A DNA stretch of 32,000 nucleotides from Kiritimatiella glycovorans. Lineage in GTDB: Bacteria > Verrucomicrobiota > Kiritimatiellia > Kiritimatiellales > Kiritimatiellaceae. Both the position numbers and the translations under genes were made by a program. Under the pieces are notes generated by a model. That model made no database searches, was not told the DNA's origin, and saw only the letters and a list, made by a program, of their open reading frames with translations. The first letter of the stretch is position 1. Each line of letters starts with the position of its first letter. Below, in pieces: positions 18,045 through 25,180 of the stretch. The DNA lies in NCBI RefSeq assembly GCF_001017655.1, contig NZ_CP010904.1:2040001-2072000 (forward strand), given 5' to 3'.

Positions 18045-18698
18045 ATGCGCCAATTCGCCGTCATCGGACTGGGAAATTTCGGGACTTACCTGGCCGCGGA
18101 ACTCTACCAGAAGGGACACGAGGTTCTGGCGATCGACCGCAGCTCGGCCCGGGTTCAGGATTTCAAGGATTCGGCCAGCCGCGCGGTCGTGGCGGACGGC
18201 GCCGACCGCAGAGCGCTGGAGCAGCTTGACATCGCCGAGATGGACGCGGTGATCGTAGCGGTCGGCAGCCTGGTCAGCCAGTCGATCCTGATCACGCTCA
18301 ACGTCAAGGAACTCGGCGTGCGTAAAATCTACGCCAAGGCGATCAGCGAACCCCACGGCCGCATCCTGGCCCGGGTCGGCGCCTCGGAGGTGCTCTTCCC
18401 CGAGAAGGATCTGGCGCTCACCCTGGCGGAGAAGCTGCACAATCCCAACGTGCTCGACTGGCTGAAATTCAGCGAGGAATACAGCATCAGCCAGTTCGCG
18501 GTGCCGGACAGCTTTATCGGCAAGACGCTTCGCGACCTCGACCTGCCTCACAAATACGGCATCCAGGTGGTCGCCGTCCGCAATGAGGCCCAGGAAAAAC
18601 CGCATACCGTGCCGGATGCCGACTATGCCTTCCGCAGCGGCGATACGCTCATCCTGATCGGCCCCAACGAGGGACTGGCGAAACTCCGCGACGCGTAG
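18045..18698 (+). CDS. ktrA: K+ uptake regulatory subunit KtrA/TrkA (RCK N+C domains)
   Basis: MRQFAVIGLGNFGTYLAAEL..GHEVLAIDR (Rossmann GxGxxG), 217 aa with a C-terminal RCK_C-like ..GDTLILIGPNE... An AAGGGAGAGAGG SD lies upstream. Confidence 0.9.
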   Translation: MRQFAVIGLGNFGTYLAAELYQKGHEVLAIDRSSARVQDFKDSASRAVVADGADRRALEQLDIAEMDAVIVAVGSLVSQSILITLNVKELGVRKIYAKAISEPHGRILARVGASEVLFPEKDLALTLAEKLHNPNVLDWLKFSEEYSISQFAVPDSFIGKTLRDLDLPHKYGIQVVAVRNEAQEKPHTVPDADYAFRSGDTLILIGPNEGLAKLRDA

Positions 18699-18726
18699 GG
18701 AGAAAGAGACGGAGGCCGAGCGCTCT

Positions 18727-19353
18727 TCAGCCCTCCACCCCCATGCGGTAGGTCTGTCCGCCGCCGAACTCGAGGATGCGCCGGACGTATTTCCCGAGGA
18801 TATCGGCTTCCAGGTTAACTTTGGTGCCCGCCTCGAAATCCGACATGTCGGTCTGCTCCATGGTGTGGGGGATAATGTAGACCACAAACCCGTCCGGCCG
18901 CAGCTCGGCGACCGTCAGCGAAATCCCGTCGAGAGCGATGGAACCCTTGTAGACCAGCAGCATCTGCATCTCGCGCGAGCATTGAACGGAAAACTTCCAG
19001 TCCCGCTCGACGCGGTCGATCGCCGCGATCTCACCCAGCCCGTCGACGTGGCCGGTGACCATGTGGCCGCCCAGCGTGTCGCCCAGCGCGAGGGCGCGCT
19101 CCAGGTTCAACCGGTCCCCCGCCTTCTTTTCGCCGAGACAGGTCTTGTCGAAGGTCTCCTTGAGCACATCGAACATCAGCCACTCGCCGTCCATTTCCGC
19201 AACGGTGAGACAGGCACCGTTGACGGCGATGCTGTCGCCGACCTTCACCGGGCGCTCCCACGGCCGGTCCGGTCGCAGCGTGATTCTTCCCGCCTCGCCT
19301 TCCATCTCGATCGACTTCACTTCGCCGAGCCGGTCAATGATTCCCGTGAACAT
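18727..19353 (-). CDS. ribE: Riboflavin synthase (alpha chain)
   Basis: MFTGIIDRLGEV.. N-terminus and the duplicated ..GDSIAVNGACLTV.. / ..GSIALDGISLTV.. barrels. An AAGGGAGG SD lies 5 nt upstream of the ATG at 19353. Confidence 0.93.
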   Translation of the reverse strand: MFTGIIDRLGEVKSIEMEGEAGRITLRPDRPWERPVKVGDSIAVNGACLTVAEMDGEWLMFDVLKETFDKTCLGEKKAGDRLNLERALALGDTLGGHMVTGHVDGLGEIAAIDRVERDWKFSVQCSREMQMLLVYKGSIALDGISLTVAELRPDGFVVYIIPHTMEQTDMSDFEAGTKVNLEADILGKYVRRILEFGGGQTYRMGVEG

Positions 19354-20518
19354 GTCTGCCTCCCTTGTTCTGCGCCTCTTTGCGGCCGCCCTCTTCTGTG
19401 AATTCTGTGCCTGTTTGCGGCCACTCTCTTCTGTTATCGCCGTGTCCCTTTGCGGCCCGGATCATCAGGTCCTCCCCCACGCGGCAAATCTCCTCATACT
19501 TGAGCGCGCGTGCATCCGCGAGGCCGAGCCCCATAGGGGCGAACGCGGGGCGGGCGTCTCCGCCGAGGATCCGGGGAGCCATGAAAAAGATATACTCGTC
19601 CACCAGCTGCGCACCGGCGAGAGCGGCGGCGATCTCCCCGCCGCCTTCGCAGAGGACGTGCAGCAGCCCTCTTTCGCCGAGGGTGTCCAGCACGGCTCCG
19701 GGGTCGCAGCCTCCGTTCGTCTCCGGCACTTCGATCGGCTCGACCGGCAGCTCGCCGCGGGGCGCGCCTTCCGGCGTAAACACCAGCGTCCGCGCGGAGG
19801 CCTCGTCCTGAAACACCCGTGCGCCGGGATGGAGCCGGCCGTCCGCATCGAGGATCACCCGGTACGGTTCCCGTCCTTCCGCGGGGCGCGGCAGCAGCGA
19901 GGGATCATCGTGCGCCACCGTGCCCGAGCCGACCATGATCGCGTCCGCCCTGCGACGCAGGGCCTGGACGCACGTGCGGGCCTCCGGCCCGCTGATCCAT
20001 CTGGAACGACCGTCACGATCCGCGATCCGGCCGTCGGCGGTCATCGCGAGTTTCAGGGTGACGCGTGGGCGGCCGCTCACGATCCATTTCGCGAACGGCG
20101 CAATCAGGGCCTCGGCCTCGTCGCGCAGGACGCCGCACTCGACGTCGACCCCGCCCGCGCGCAATTCCCGCAGCCCTTCGCCCGCGTGGGAGGGATTGGG
20201 GTCCTCCGTTCCGACCACGACCCGGCCCACCCCGTGTTCGAGGATCGCGCGCGTACAGGGCGGGGTGCGGCCCTCGGTGGAACAGGGCTCCAGGGTCACG
20301 TAGAGGGTCGATTGCGACCACTGCGCCGGAGTCAGCCGGGGGGCGCTTGCGAGGCACGCGGCCTCCGCGTGCGGGCCGCCGGCGCGTCGGTGGTATCCCG
20401 CGGCGATCTCCTCGCCGCCCCGGACGAGCACGGCGCCGACCGGCGGGTTCGGGCGCGTCAGCCCCTCGCCCTTCCGCGCGAGTTCCAGTGCGCGTTCCAT
20501 GGCCCGGCCGTCCTTCAT
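19334..20518 (-). CDS. ribD: Bifunctional riboflavin biosynthesis protein RibD (pyrimidine deaminase/uracil reductase) with a repeat-derived extension of about 38 aa at the C-terminus
   Basis: Deaminase zinc motifs ..GPHAEAACL.. and ..LEPCSTEGRTPPC.., and a reductase domain ..VTLKLAMTADGRIA... The canonical end (..RVGEDLMIRA) is followed by AKGHGDNRREWPQTGTEFTEEGGRKEAQNKGGRHVHGNH, encoded by repeat 19358-19457. Confidence 0.92.
   Translation of the reverse strand: MKDGRAMERALELARKGEGLTRPNPPVGAVLVRGGEEIAAGYHRRAGGPHAEAACLASAPRLTPAQWSQSTLYVTLEPCSTEGRTPPCTRAILEHGVGRVVVGTEDPNPSHAGEGLRELRAGGVDVECGVLRDEAEALIAPFAKWIVSGRPRVTLKLAMTADGRIADRDGRSRWISGPEARTCVQALRRRADAIMVGSGTVAHDDPSLLPRPAEGREPYRVILDADGRLHPGARVFQDEASARTLVFTPEGAPRGELPVEPIEVPETNGGCDPGAVLDTLGERGLLHVLCEGGGEIAAALAGAQLVDEYIFFMAPRILGGDARPAFAPMGLGLADARALKYEEICRVGEDLMIRAAKGHGDNRREWPQTGTEFTEEGGRKEAQNKGGRHVHGNH
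19358..19457 (-). repeat. Three tandem units of about 35 bp (GGCCGCAAA.RGGC.CAG...ACAGAAGAG.G) homologous to the 9103-9215 repeat
   Basis: The reverse complement reads GGCCGCAAAGGGACACGGCGATAACAGAAGAGAGT / GGCCGCAAACAGGCACAGAATTCACAGAAGAGGGC / GGCCGCAAAGAGGCGCAGAACAAGGGAGGCAGA. This aligns by eye with GCCACAAAAAGGCACAGGAGAATTAAAGAGGGG in the guaB-nadE spacer. Confidence 0.75.
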
Positions 20519-21411
20519 ACGCCTTCGTCGTCCTCTTCAAATATCGATCGTACGAACGATTCCGGATCGAAGGGCGCGAGATCCTCCTCGCCCTCGCCGA
20601 GTCCGGCGTAAAGGAGGGGAATCCCGAGTTCGCGTCGCACCGCGAAGACCGCCCCGCCTTTCGCCGAGCCGTCCAGTTTAGTCAGGATCGCACCGGTCAG
20701 CGGCACGGCCTGATGGAAAAACTTCGCCTGCGCCACGGCGTTCTGGCCGATCGAGGCATCGAGCACGATCCAGGTCTCTTCGGGCGCGTGCTCCCGCCCC
20801 TTCTCGAGTGCGCGGGAGATTTTGCCCAGCTCGCGCATCAGCGGTTCGCGGGTATGCATACGGCCGGCGGTATCCACCAGCAGCGTGTCCGCCCCCCGCG
20901 CGAGCGCCGCCTGCTGGGCATCGTAGGCCACGGCGGCGGCATCGGACCCGCGCTGCCCCCGGACCACGTCGCAGCCGACGCGTTCCGCCCACAGTGCGAG
21001 CTGTTCGGTGCCGGCGGCCCGGAACGTATCGGCCGCGCACAGCAGCGGTTTGCGGCCGTTTCCCGCCGCCCGCCGGGCCAGCTTTGCCGCGGTGGTCGTC
21101 TTGCCCGAACCGTTCGCGCCCACCAGCAGCACCGTCATCGGGCGCGGCGCCTCCGCCCAGGAGACCGGCGCGGCCGGTCCCAGTTCCTCGATCAGGCGCC
21201 GCTCGATTCCCTCACGCAACCCGTCTCCGCCCGACGCCTCCGCCGTCTCGACCAGCTCCATCGCCAGCCGCGCCGGGAGATCGGCGGCCAGCAGGTTTTC
21301 CTCCAGCTCCTCGACCGCCTCTTCGGAGGGCCGGCCGCCCCCGAACAGCGTACCGAGACCCCGGCGTACGGTGCGGCGGGTCTTGCGCAGGGCTTCACGC
21401 CAAGACGCCAT
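20515..21411 (-). CDS. ftsY: Signal recognition particle receptor FtsY (NG domain only, no acidic A-domain)
   Basis: GTPase motifs LLVGANGSGKTTTAAKLA, DTAGRMHT and TKLDGSAKGG. The ATG at 21411 overlaps the nusB stop (TGATG); the track uses GTG 21414. The stop overlaps the ribD start (ATGA, 20515-20518). Confidence 0.92.
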   Translation of the reverse strand: MASWREALRKTRRTVRRGLGTLFGGGRPSEEAVEELEENLLAADLPARLAMELVETAEASGGDGLREGIERRLIEELGPAAPVSWAEAPRPMTVLLVGANGSGKTTTAAKLARRAAGNGRKPLLCAADTFRAAGTEQLALWAERVGCDVVRGQRGSDAAAVAYDAQQAALARGADTLLVDTAGRMHTREPLMRELGKISRALEKGREHAPEETWIVLDASIGQNAVAQAKFFHQAVPLTGAILTKLDGSAKGGAVFAVRRELGIPLLYAGLGEGEEDLAPFDPESFVRSIFEEDDEGV

Positions 21412-22574
21412 CACTCCTCTTCCTCCCCCGTCACCGGCCCCGGACGCACCGTCCGTGCCGGGCGGCTGATCGATTTACGCACCTTGTCGAGAACGCCGTT
21501 GACGAAGCGCGCGGATTCGTCCGAACTCAAATCCTTGGCGATTTCTATGGCCTCGTTGATGGAGACCACCGGGGGGATATCGTCGCGATAAAACATTTCG
21601 TAGAGGGCCACGCGCATGATGTTCCGGTCCACACATCCCATGCGCTCCACCTCCCAGTTGGGGGTGAACGACTGCAGCCGCGCGTCGAGTTCCCCGCGCC
21701 TCGCCATGACCTCGCGCACGGTCTTCTCCGCAAAAGTCCGGAATCGCGCCACCGGCCGCTTGTCTTCGAAAAAGGAGGCGAACAGCTCCTCGATCGGCGA
21801 CGGGTTGAGGTCGGCCTGGTAGAGCATCTGCACGGCCCAGCGACGCGCTTCGCGCCGTCCGCGGGCCGGCCGGGATTCCGGCTCAGGCTCTTCGGAAGGA
21901 GGTGGCGGCGACGGTTCGTCGCCGGGCTGCGGTTCCCCGCGATCCGGCCGGGCCGAGGGCTGCCAGATCTCCGGCTCCGCCGCACCCGTTTCCGGGACTT
22001 CCGGCGAGGGGGTCGGTTCAACCGGCGGAGGGGGCGAGACCGGCGGGGGGTGCGGGGCCCGGATCCGCCGGTAGAGATTCGCGGTCTCGACCGCCGCCTC
22101 CGCTGCGTACCACCCGCGGCTGCCTTCACCGTAGCGGCAGCGCGCCTCGGCATGCGCCCAGGAGGGCGCGCCGACGATCTCGTTGATCACCGGGGTGCCG
22201 GTGCTCCGCGCCAGCTCCTGCAGGGCGAAGCCGGTCGACCGGATGATCATCCGCGCGTGGGAGGTCTCGCCTTCGATCACCGCCCCGAGCGCGATCAGGG
22301 CGTCGAAGGAGCTTTGTTCCGCGAGTGCGGCGAGAACACCCGGGAGTTCGCCGGCGCCGGGCGCCCAGCATACCGTAAGGTCCTCCTGGCGGGCGCCCGC
22401 GCCGCGGAGGGCGTCGACCGCACTGCGCGCCAGTTCGCCGGTCAGGGCGAGGTTAAACCGGCTGACCGCGATCGCGAAGCGCAGACCCTGCGCGCCTCCG
22501 CGCCCGTCGCGTGTCTGCGCCGCCAGTGCCGGCAGGTCCTCGAATGATTCCGCCATGCCCTTCTGCTCGTTCAT
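21411..22574 (-). CDS. Fusion protein: 6,7-dimethyl-8-ribityllumazine synthase (RibH)-like domain, Pro/Glu-rich linker, then transcription antitermination factor NusB
   Basis: The N-terminal part has ..LRFAIAVSRFN..APGAGELP..ALGAVIEGETSH..GWYAAEAAVETANL.. (a divergent lumazine synthase pattern). The linker is ..PHPPPVSPPPPVEPTPSPEVPE...PSPPPPSEEPEPE.. (about nt 21858-22058). The C-terminal part has RREARRWAVQMLYQADL...RMGCVDRNIMRVALYEM...INEAIEIAK..S...ARFVNGVLDKV (NusB). It is one uninterrupted frame. The start is uncertain (ATG 22574, 22556 or 22625). Confidence 0.85.
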   Translation of the reverse strand: MNEQKGMAESFEDLPALAAQTRDGRGGAQGLRFAIAVSRFNLALTGELARSAVDALRGAGARQEDLTVCWAPGAGELPGVLAALAEQSSFDALIALGAVIEGETSHARMIIRSTGFALQELARSTGTPVINEIVGAPSWAHAEARCRYGEGSRGWYAAEAAVETANLYRRIRAPHPPPVSPPPPVEPTPSPEVPETGAAEPEIWQPSARPDRGEPQPGDEPSPPPPSEEPEPESRPARGRREARRWAVQMLYQADLNPSPIEELFASFFEDKRPVARFRTFAEKTVREVMARRGELDARLQSFTPNWEVERMGCVDRNIMRVALYEMFYRDDIPPVVSINEAIEIAKDLSSDESARFVNGVLDKVRKSISRPARTVRPGPVTGEEEE

Positions 22575-22687
22575 ACGTACGATTCCCCTTGCGGGAAGGC
22601 CCGGTTCACGTTTGAACCATCCCATTCCCTGTTGTTTTCACGGCGTCTTCGCCGTCATGCTCCTGTCGGCGCGTGCGCGGCGACAGC

Positions 22688-23920
22688 TCACAGCATATGC
22701 CGTAGCTTTTCCCTCTTCGTCTTCAGGTAGCGCGCATTGTACTCGGAACACGGAAGGATGAGCGGTACGCGCTCCTCGACCCGGATTCCGTATTTATCGA
22801 GTCCCTCGATCTTCGCCGGGTTGTTGGTCAGCAGCCGGATGCGGCGCATTCCGAGGTGCCGCAGGATCTGCGCGCCGATTCCGTAGTCGCGCAGATCGGG
22901 CTGAAATCCGAGGTGCTCGTTGGCCTCCACGGTGTCCATGCCCTTCTCCTGAAGTTCGTAGGCGTGAATCTTCTTGGAAAGACCGATCCCCCGCCCCTCC
23001 TGGCGCATGTAGACGATCGCGCCGTAGCCGTACTCACTGACGCGGCGCATCGCGGTCCTGAGCTGCGGACCGCAGTCGCAGCGCTGCGACCCGAAGACGT
23101 CGCCGGTGAGACATTCGCTGTGGACCCGAACCATGGGATGCGGGCGTTCCTCCGTCGGTTCCCCGCGGATGAGGGCGAGGTGGGGCAGCGGGTCGACTTC
23201 CGAAACGTACATGCGCATCCTGAAGTCGCCGTAATCGGTCGGCATTCTGACCTCGCGTTCCAGTTCGACGAGATCCTCGTGGATAAATCGGTGGCGGGCG
23301 ATTTCTGCAAGCGTCGTAAGTTTGAGCCCGTGTTCGCGCGCGAACGTGACCAGGTCGTCTCTGCGGGCCATGGTGCCGTCGTCGTTGAGGATCTCGCAGC
23401 ACACCCCGACGGGGCGGCACCCCGCCAGGCGCGCCAGATCCACCGTCGCCTCCGTATGCCCGGCGCGCTCGAGCACGCCGCCGTTCGCGCTTTTGAGCGG
23501 AAACATATGGCCGGGCTTCAGAAAATCGTCCGCAGCCGCTTCGGGGTCGGCCAGGGCGCGGGCGGTGAGAGCGCGTTCCGCGGCACTGATCCCGGTGGTC
23601 GTGCCTTCTTTGACGTCGACCGAATCCATGAACGCGGTCTTATACTTATCGCCCTCCTCCTGAAGCGGCATCATGCGCGTCAGCCCCAGCCGCGACAGCT
23701 CGCTGCCCGCCATCGGCACGCAGACCAGGCCCCGTCCGCGGGCGACCATGAAATTCAGCATTTCGGGCGTGACGTGTTCCGCCGCGCAGATCAGGTCGCC
23801 TTCATTCTCGCGGTGTTCATCGTCGACCACGATGACCATCCGTCCGGCGCGGATATCCTCGATCACTTCCGGCAGCGGGTCCGGCACCAGGGCTTCTCGT
23901 TCCGTTCCTTCAGCACTCAT
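22688..23920 (-). CDS. ribBA: Bifunctional 3,4-dihydroxy-2-butanone-4-phosphate synthase / GTP cyclohydrolase II (RibBA)
   Basis: ..[18 protein letters not shown].. (DHBP synthase) and ..[24 protein letters not shown].. (GTP cyclohydrolase II zinc site). A GGAAGGGAG SD lies upstream of the ATG at 23920. Confidence 0.95.
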   Translation of the reverse strand: MSAEGTEREALVPDPLPEVIEDIRAGRMVIVVDDEHRENEGDLICAAEHVTPEMLNFMVARGRGLVCVPMAGSELSRLGLTRMMPLQEEGDKYKTAFMDSVDVKEGTTTGISAAERALTARALADPEAAADDFLKPGHMFPLKSANGGVLERAGHTEATVDLARLAGCRPVGVCCEILNDDGTMARRDDLVTFAREHGLKLTTLAEIARHRFIHEDLVELEREVRMPTDYGDFRMRMYVSEVDPLPHLALIRGEPTEERPHPMVRVHSECLTGDVFGSQRCDCGPQLRTAMRRVSEYGYGAIVYMRQEGRGIGLSKKIHAYELQEKGMDTVEANEHLGFQPDLRDYGIGAQILRHLGMRRIRLLTNNPAKIEGLDKYGIRVEERVPLILPCSEYNARYLKTKREKLRHML

Positions 23921-23948
23921 ATACAGGGGCTCCCTTCCGGCGCTTCAT

Positions 23949-23982
23949 AAAAAAATCCTGAAACGCCTTCGCGCTTCAGGAT
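23949..23982 (-). terminator. Intrinsic terminator forming the expression platform of the FMN riboswitch
   Basis: Reverse-strand RNA AUCCUGAAGCGC-GAAG-GCGUUUCAGGAU forms a 12-bp stem (one G.U) with a GAAG tetraloop, followed by a U6-7 run. The left arm repeats the GAAGCGCG of the aptamer P1 3' strand, which would allow an alternative antiterminator pairing. Confidence 0.85.
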
Positions 23983-24010
23983 CTTGCCGCGCCCTCCGGG
24001 GCGGAACAGC

Positions 24011-24126
24011 CGCGCTTCTACCATCCAGACTTTACTGTCGGCCGCAGAATCTCACTGCGTCAGTCCCTCTCGGGAGTCGCGGGCTTTCACCGCCGGTCGG
24101 GAATCGCACCCTATCCTGAAGTCGCG
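24011..24126 (-). promoter_or_regulatory. FMN riboswitch (RFN element) aptamer
   Basis: Reverse-strand RNA: CGCGACUUCAGGAUAGGGUGCGAUUCCCGACCGGCGGUGAAAGCCCGCGACUCCCGAGAGGGACUGACGCAGUGAGAUUCUGCGGCCGACAGUAAAGUCUGGAUGGUAGAAGCGCG. It contains the conserved RFN blocks AGGAUAGGGUG.GAUUCCC.ACCGGCGGU.AAAGCCCGCGA, GUGAGAUUC...GCCGACAGU.AAGUCUGGAUG..AGAAG, and a closing P1 helix. It lies upstream of ribBA. Confidence 0.92.
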
Positions 24127-24167
24127 AACCGTCACTTTGCCCCGCAGCGCCCCGGCGAGGCAAGTCA

Positions 24168-24340
24168 AATCCGGGGGAAAGAGGAGAGAGGATAGATCAA
24201 CCATGAAGGGCATGAAGGGGTGAACATAATTCGTACTCGTACGTAGCGAAGCGGTACTCGTACTCGATTTGCTGGACTGGAAAAAAATCGCACCTTCTTC
24301 GCTCCGAGTACGCGTACGAGTACGATATTCCCCTGAGTGC
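24168..24340 (+). repeat. Dispersed intergenic repeat, copy D: purine-rich segment, then CCATGAAGGGCATGAAGGGGTGAACATAA core, then a palindromic hexamer-array module (13-bp perfect inverted repeat TCGTACTCGTACG / CGTACGAGTACGA)
   Basis: 24201-24229 matches copy C at 28 of 29 positions. 24222-24243 matches copy 2 at 22 of 22. The inverted repeat is 24231-24243 against 24313-24325. The right arm, GAGTAC GCGTAC GAGTAC (24306-24323), parallels 13157-13174. Confidence 0.85.
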
Positions 24341-24372
24341 CCCGATGTTGAATTCAGGAGGGGGACCGGAGG

Positions 24373-24783
24373 TCACCCGACGATTGTGACGCGCTCACCA
24401 AGCTTCACCACCCACGGAGTGGTGGTTCGTTCCGCGGTGAGAAGCCGGGCGTCGACGGTCAGGGCCAACAGGATGTACGCAGCATCATAAGCGGTCGCAT
24501 CATAGTCATACGCCGTCTTAAGCAGTCCGGCACGCGGGGGATCCGTGACCTCGAGGGGGGCTTCACAGTGAAGCCCGTAGATGTCCTCGGCCAGTTCCGG
24601 GTCAAGCTCACCGCGTTTTGTGTACGTTCGAAGAACGTTCGCGAACTCCTGGTAGTGCAGCGTCGGGACCATCACCCTATCCCGTCCTTCCGCACAACGG
24701 GTCTGCCAGCGGCGCGCCTCAAACGAGAACGGCTCATTCAGGTACCAGGCGATGGCCACGCTCGTATCGAGAACGATTCTCAT
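24373..24783 (-). CDS. vapC: PIN-domain ribonuclease toxin VapC
   Basis: MRIVLDTSVAIAWYL.. (first acidic PIN residue) in a 136-aa protein. There is a 4-nt ATGA overlap with the upstream antitoxin gene. Confidence 0.88.
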   Translation of the reverse strand: MRIVLDTSVAIAWYLNEPFSFEARRWQTRCAEGRDRVMVPTLHYQEFANVLRTYTKRGELDPELAEDIYGLHCEAPLEVTDPPRAGLLKTAYDYDATAYDAAYILLALTVDARLLTAERTTTPWVVKLGERVTIVG

Positions 24784-25022
24784 GCGTCACGCTTCCTGTC
24801 CGCCCGTATCGCCTCCACCGCCGACAGGCTCATGCGCCGTTCGCCCACGCGCCGGCGCACATCGGCGAGCCGTTCCTGATACGAAGCCCGCTTCTGTTCT
24901 TCGCGCTTCACGACCACAAAAGTAGCCAGGGCCTCATGAACGAGCATCCGCTTGCTCCGAGCCGAGGAGTATTGCATCGCCTCCTGCACCAACGCATCGT
25001 CCAGAACTATATTGGTTCTCAT
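24780..25022 (-). CDS. vapB: Type II antitoxin VapB (MRTNI..DD..L N-terminus, DUF2191/Rv0623-like)
   Basis: 80 aa starting MRTNIVLDDALVQEAMQYS.., a pattern I recognise from VapB-type antitoxins. It is translationally coupled to vapC. Confidence 0.8.
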   Translation of the reverse strand: MRTNIVLDDALVQEAMQYSSARSKRMLVHEALATFVVVKREEQKRASYQERLADVRRRVGERRMSLSAVEAIRADRKRDA

Positions 25023-25064
25023 ACACTTCTCTATACACCCTACACATTTTATGTGTCAACACAT
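25022..25064. promoter_or_regulatory. Candidate vapBC operator: overlapping palindromes ACACAT-TTT-ATGTGT-CA-ACACAT plus three TACAC direct repeats
   Basis: ACACAT at 25042-25047, ATGTGT at 25051-25056, and ACACAT at 25059-25064. TACAC occurs at 25022, 25034 and 25041. All lie within 45 nt upstream of the vapB ATG (25022). Confidence 0.45.
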
Positions 25065-25180
25065 GGGTTCGTGCCACCCGGCAGCCCCGAGGAATCGATC
25101 GACTTGACCCCCCTTTTACATTTCGTTATCTTTAGCCGTGAGGTGTGTGGAATCAGGTACACTTCACAAGGGAGTATGAG

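Noticed and set aside
24163-24168. TTGACT (reverse strand) considered as the -35 box of the rib operon promoter.
   Set aside because: No acceptable -10 hexamer lies at 16-19 bp; the spacer is GC-rich and the next A/T-containing hexamer is about 24 nt away. The promoter consensus for this organism is also unknown.
24201-24221. Mini-ORFs inside the repeat cores: MKGMKG* at 24203-24223 (forward) and MGFTMKDMKG* in copy C (reverse), each preceded by a purine-rich SD-like stretch. These could be leader peptides.
   Set aside because: No co-oriented gene follows either copy (vapC and the NTase islet lie on the opposite strand relative to the mini-ORFs). The third family copy (13151-13235) lacks the ATGAAGG duplication altogether.
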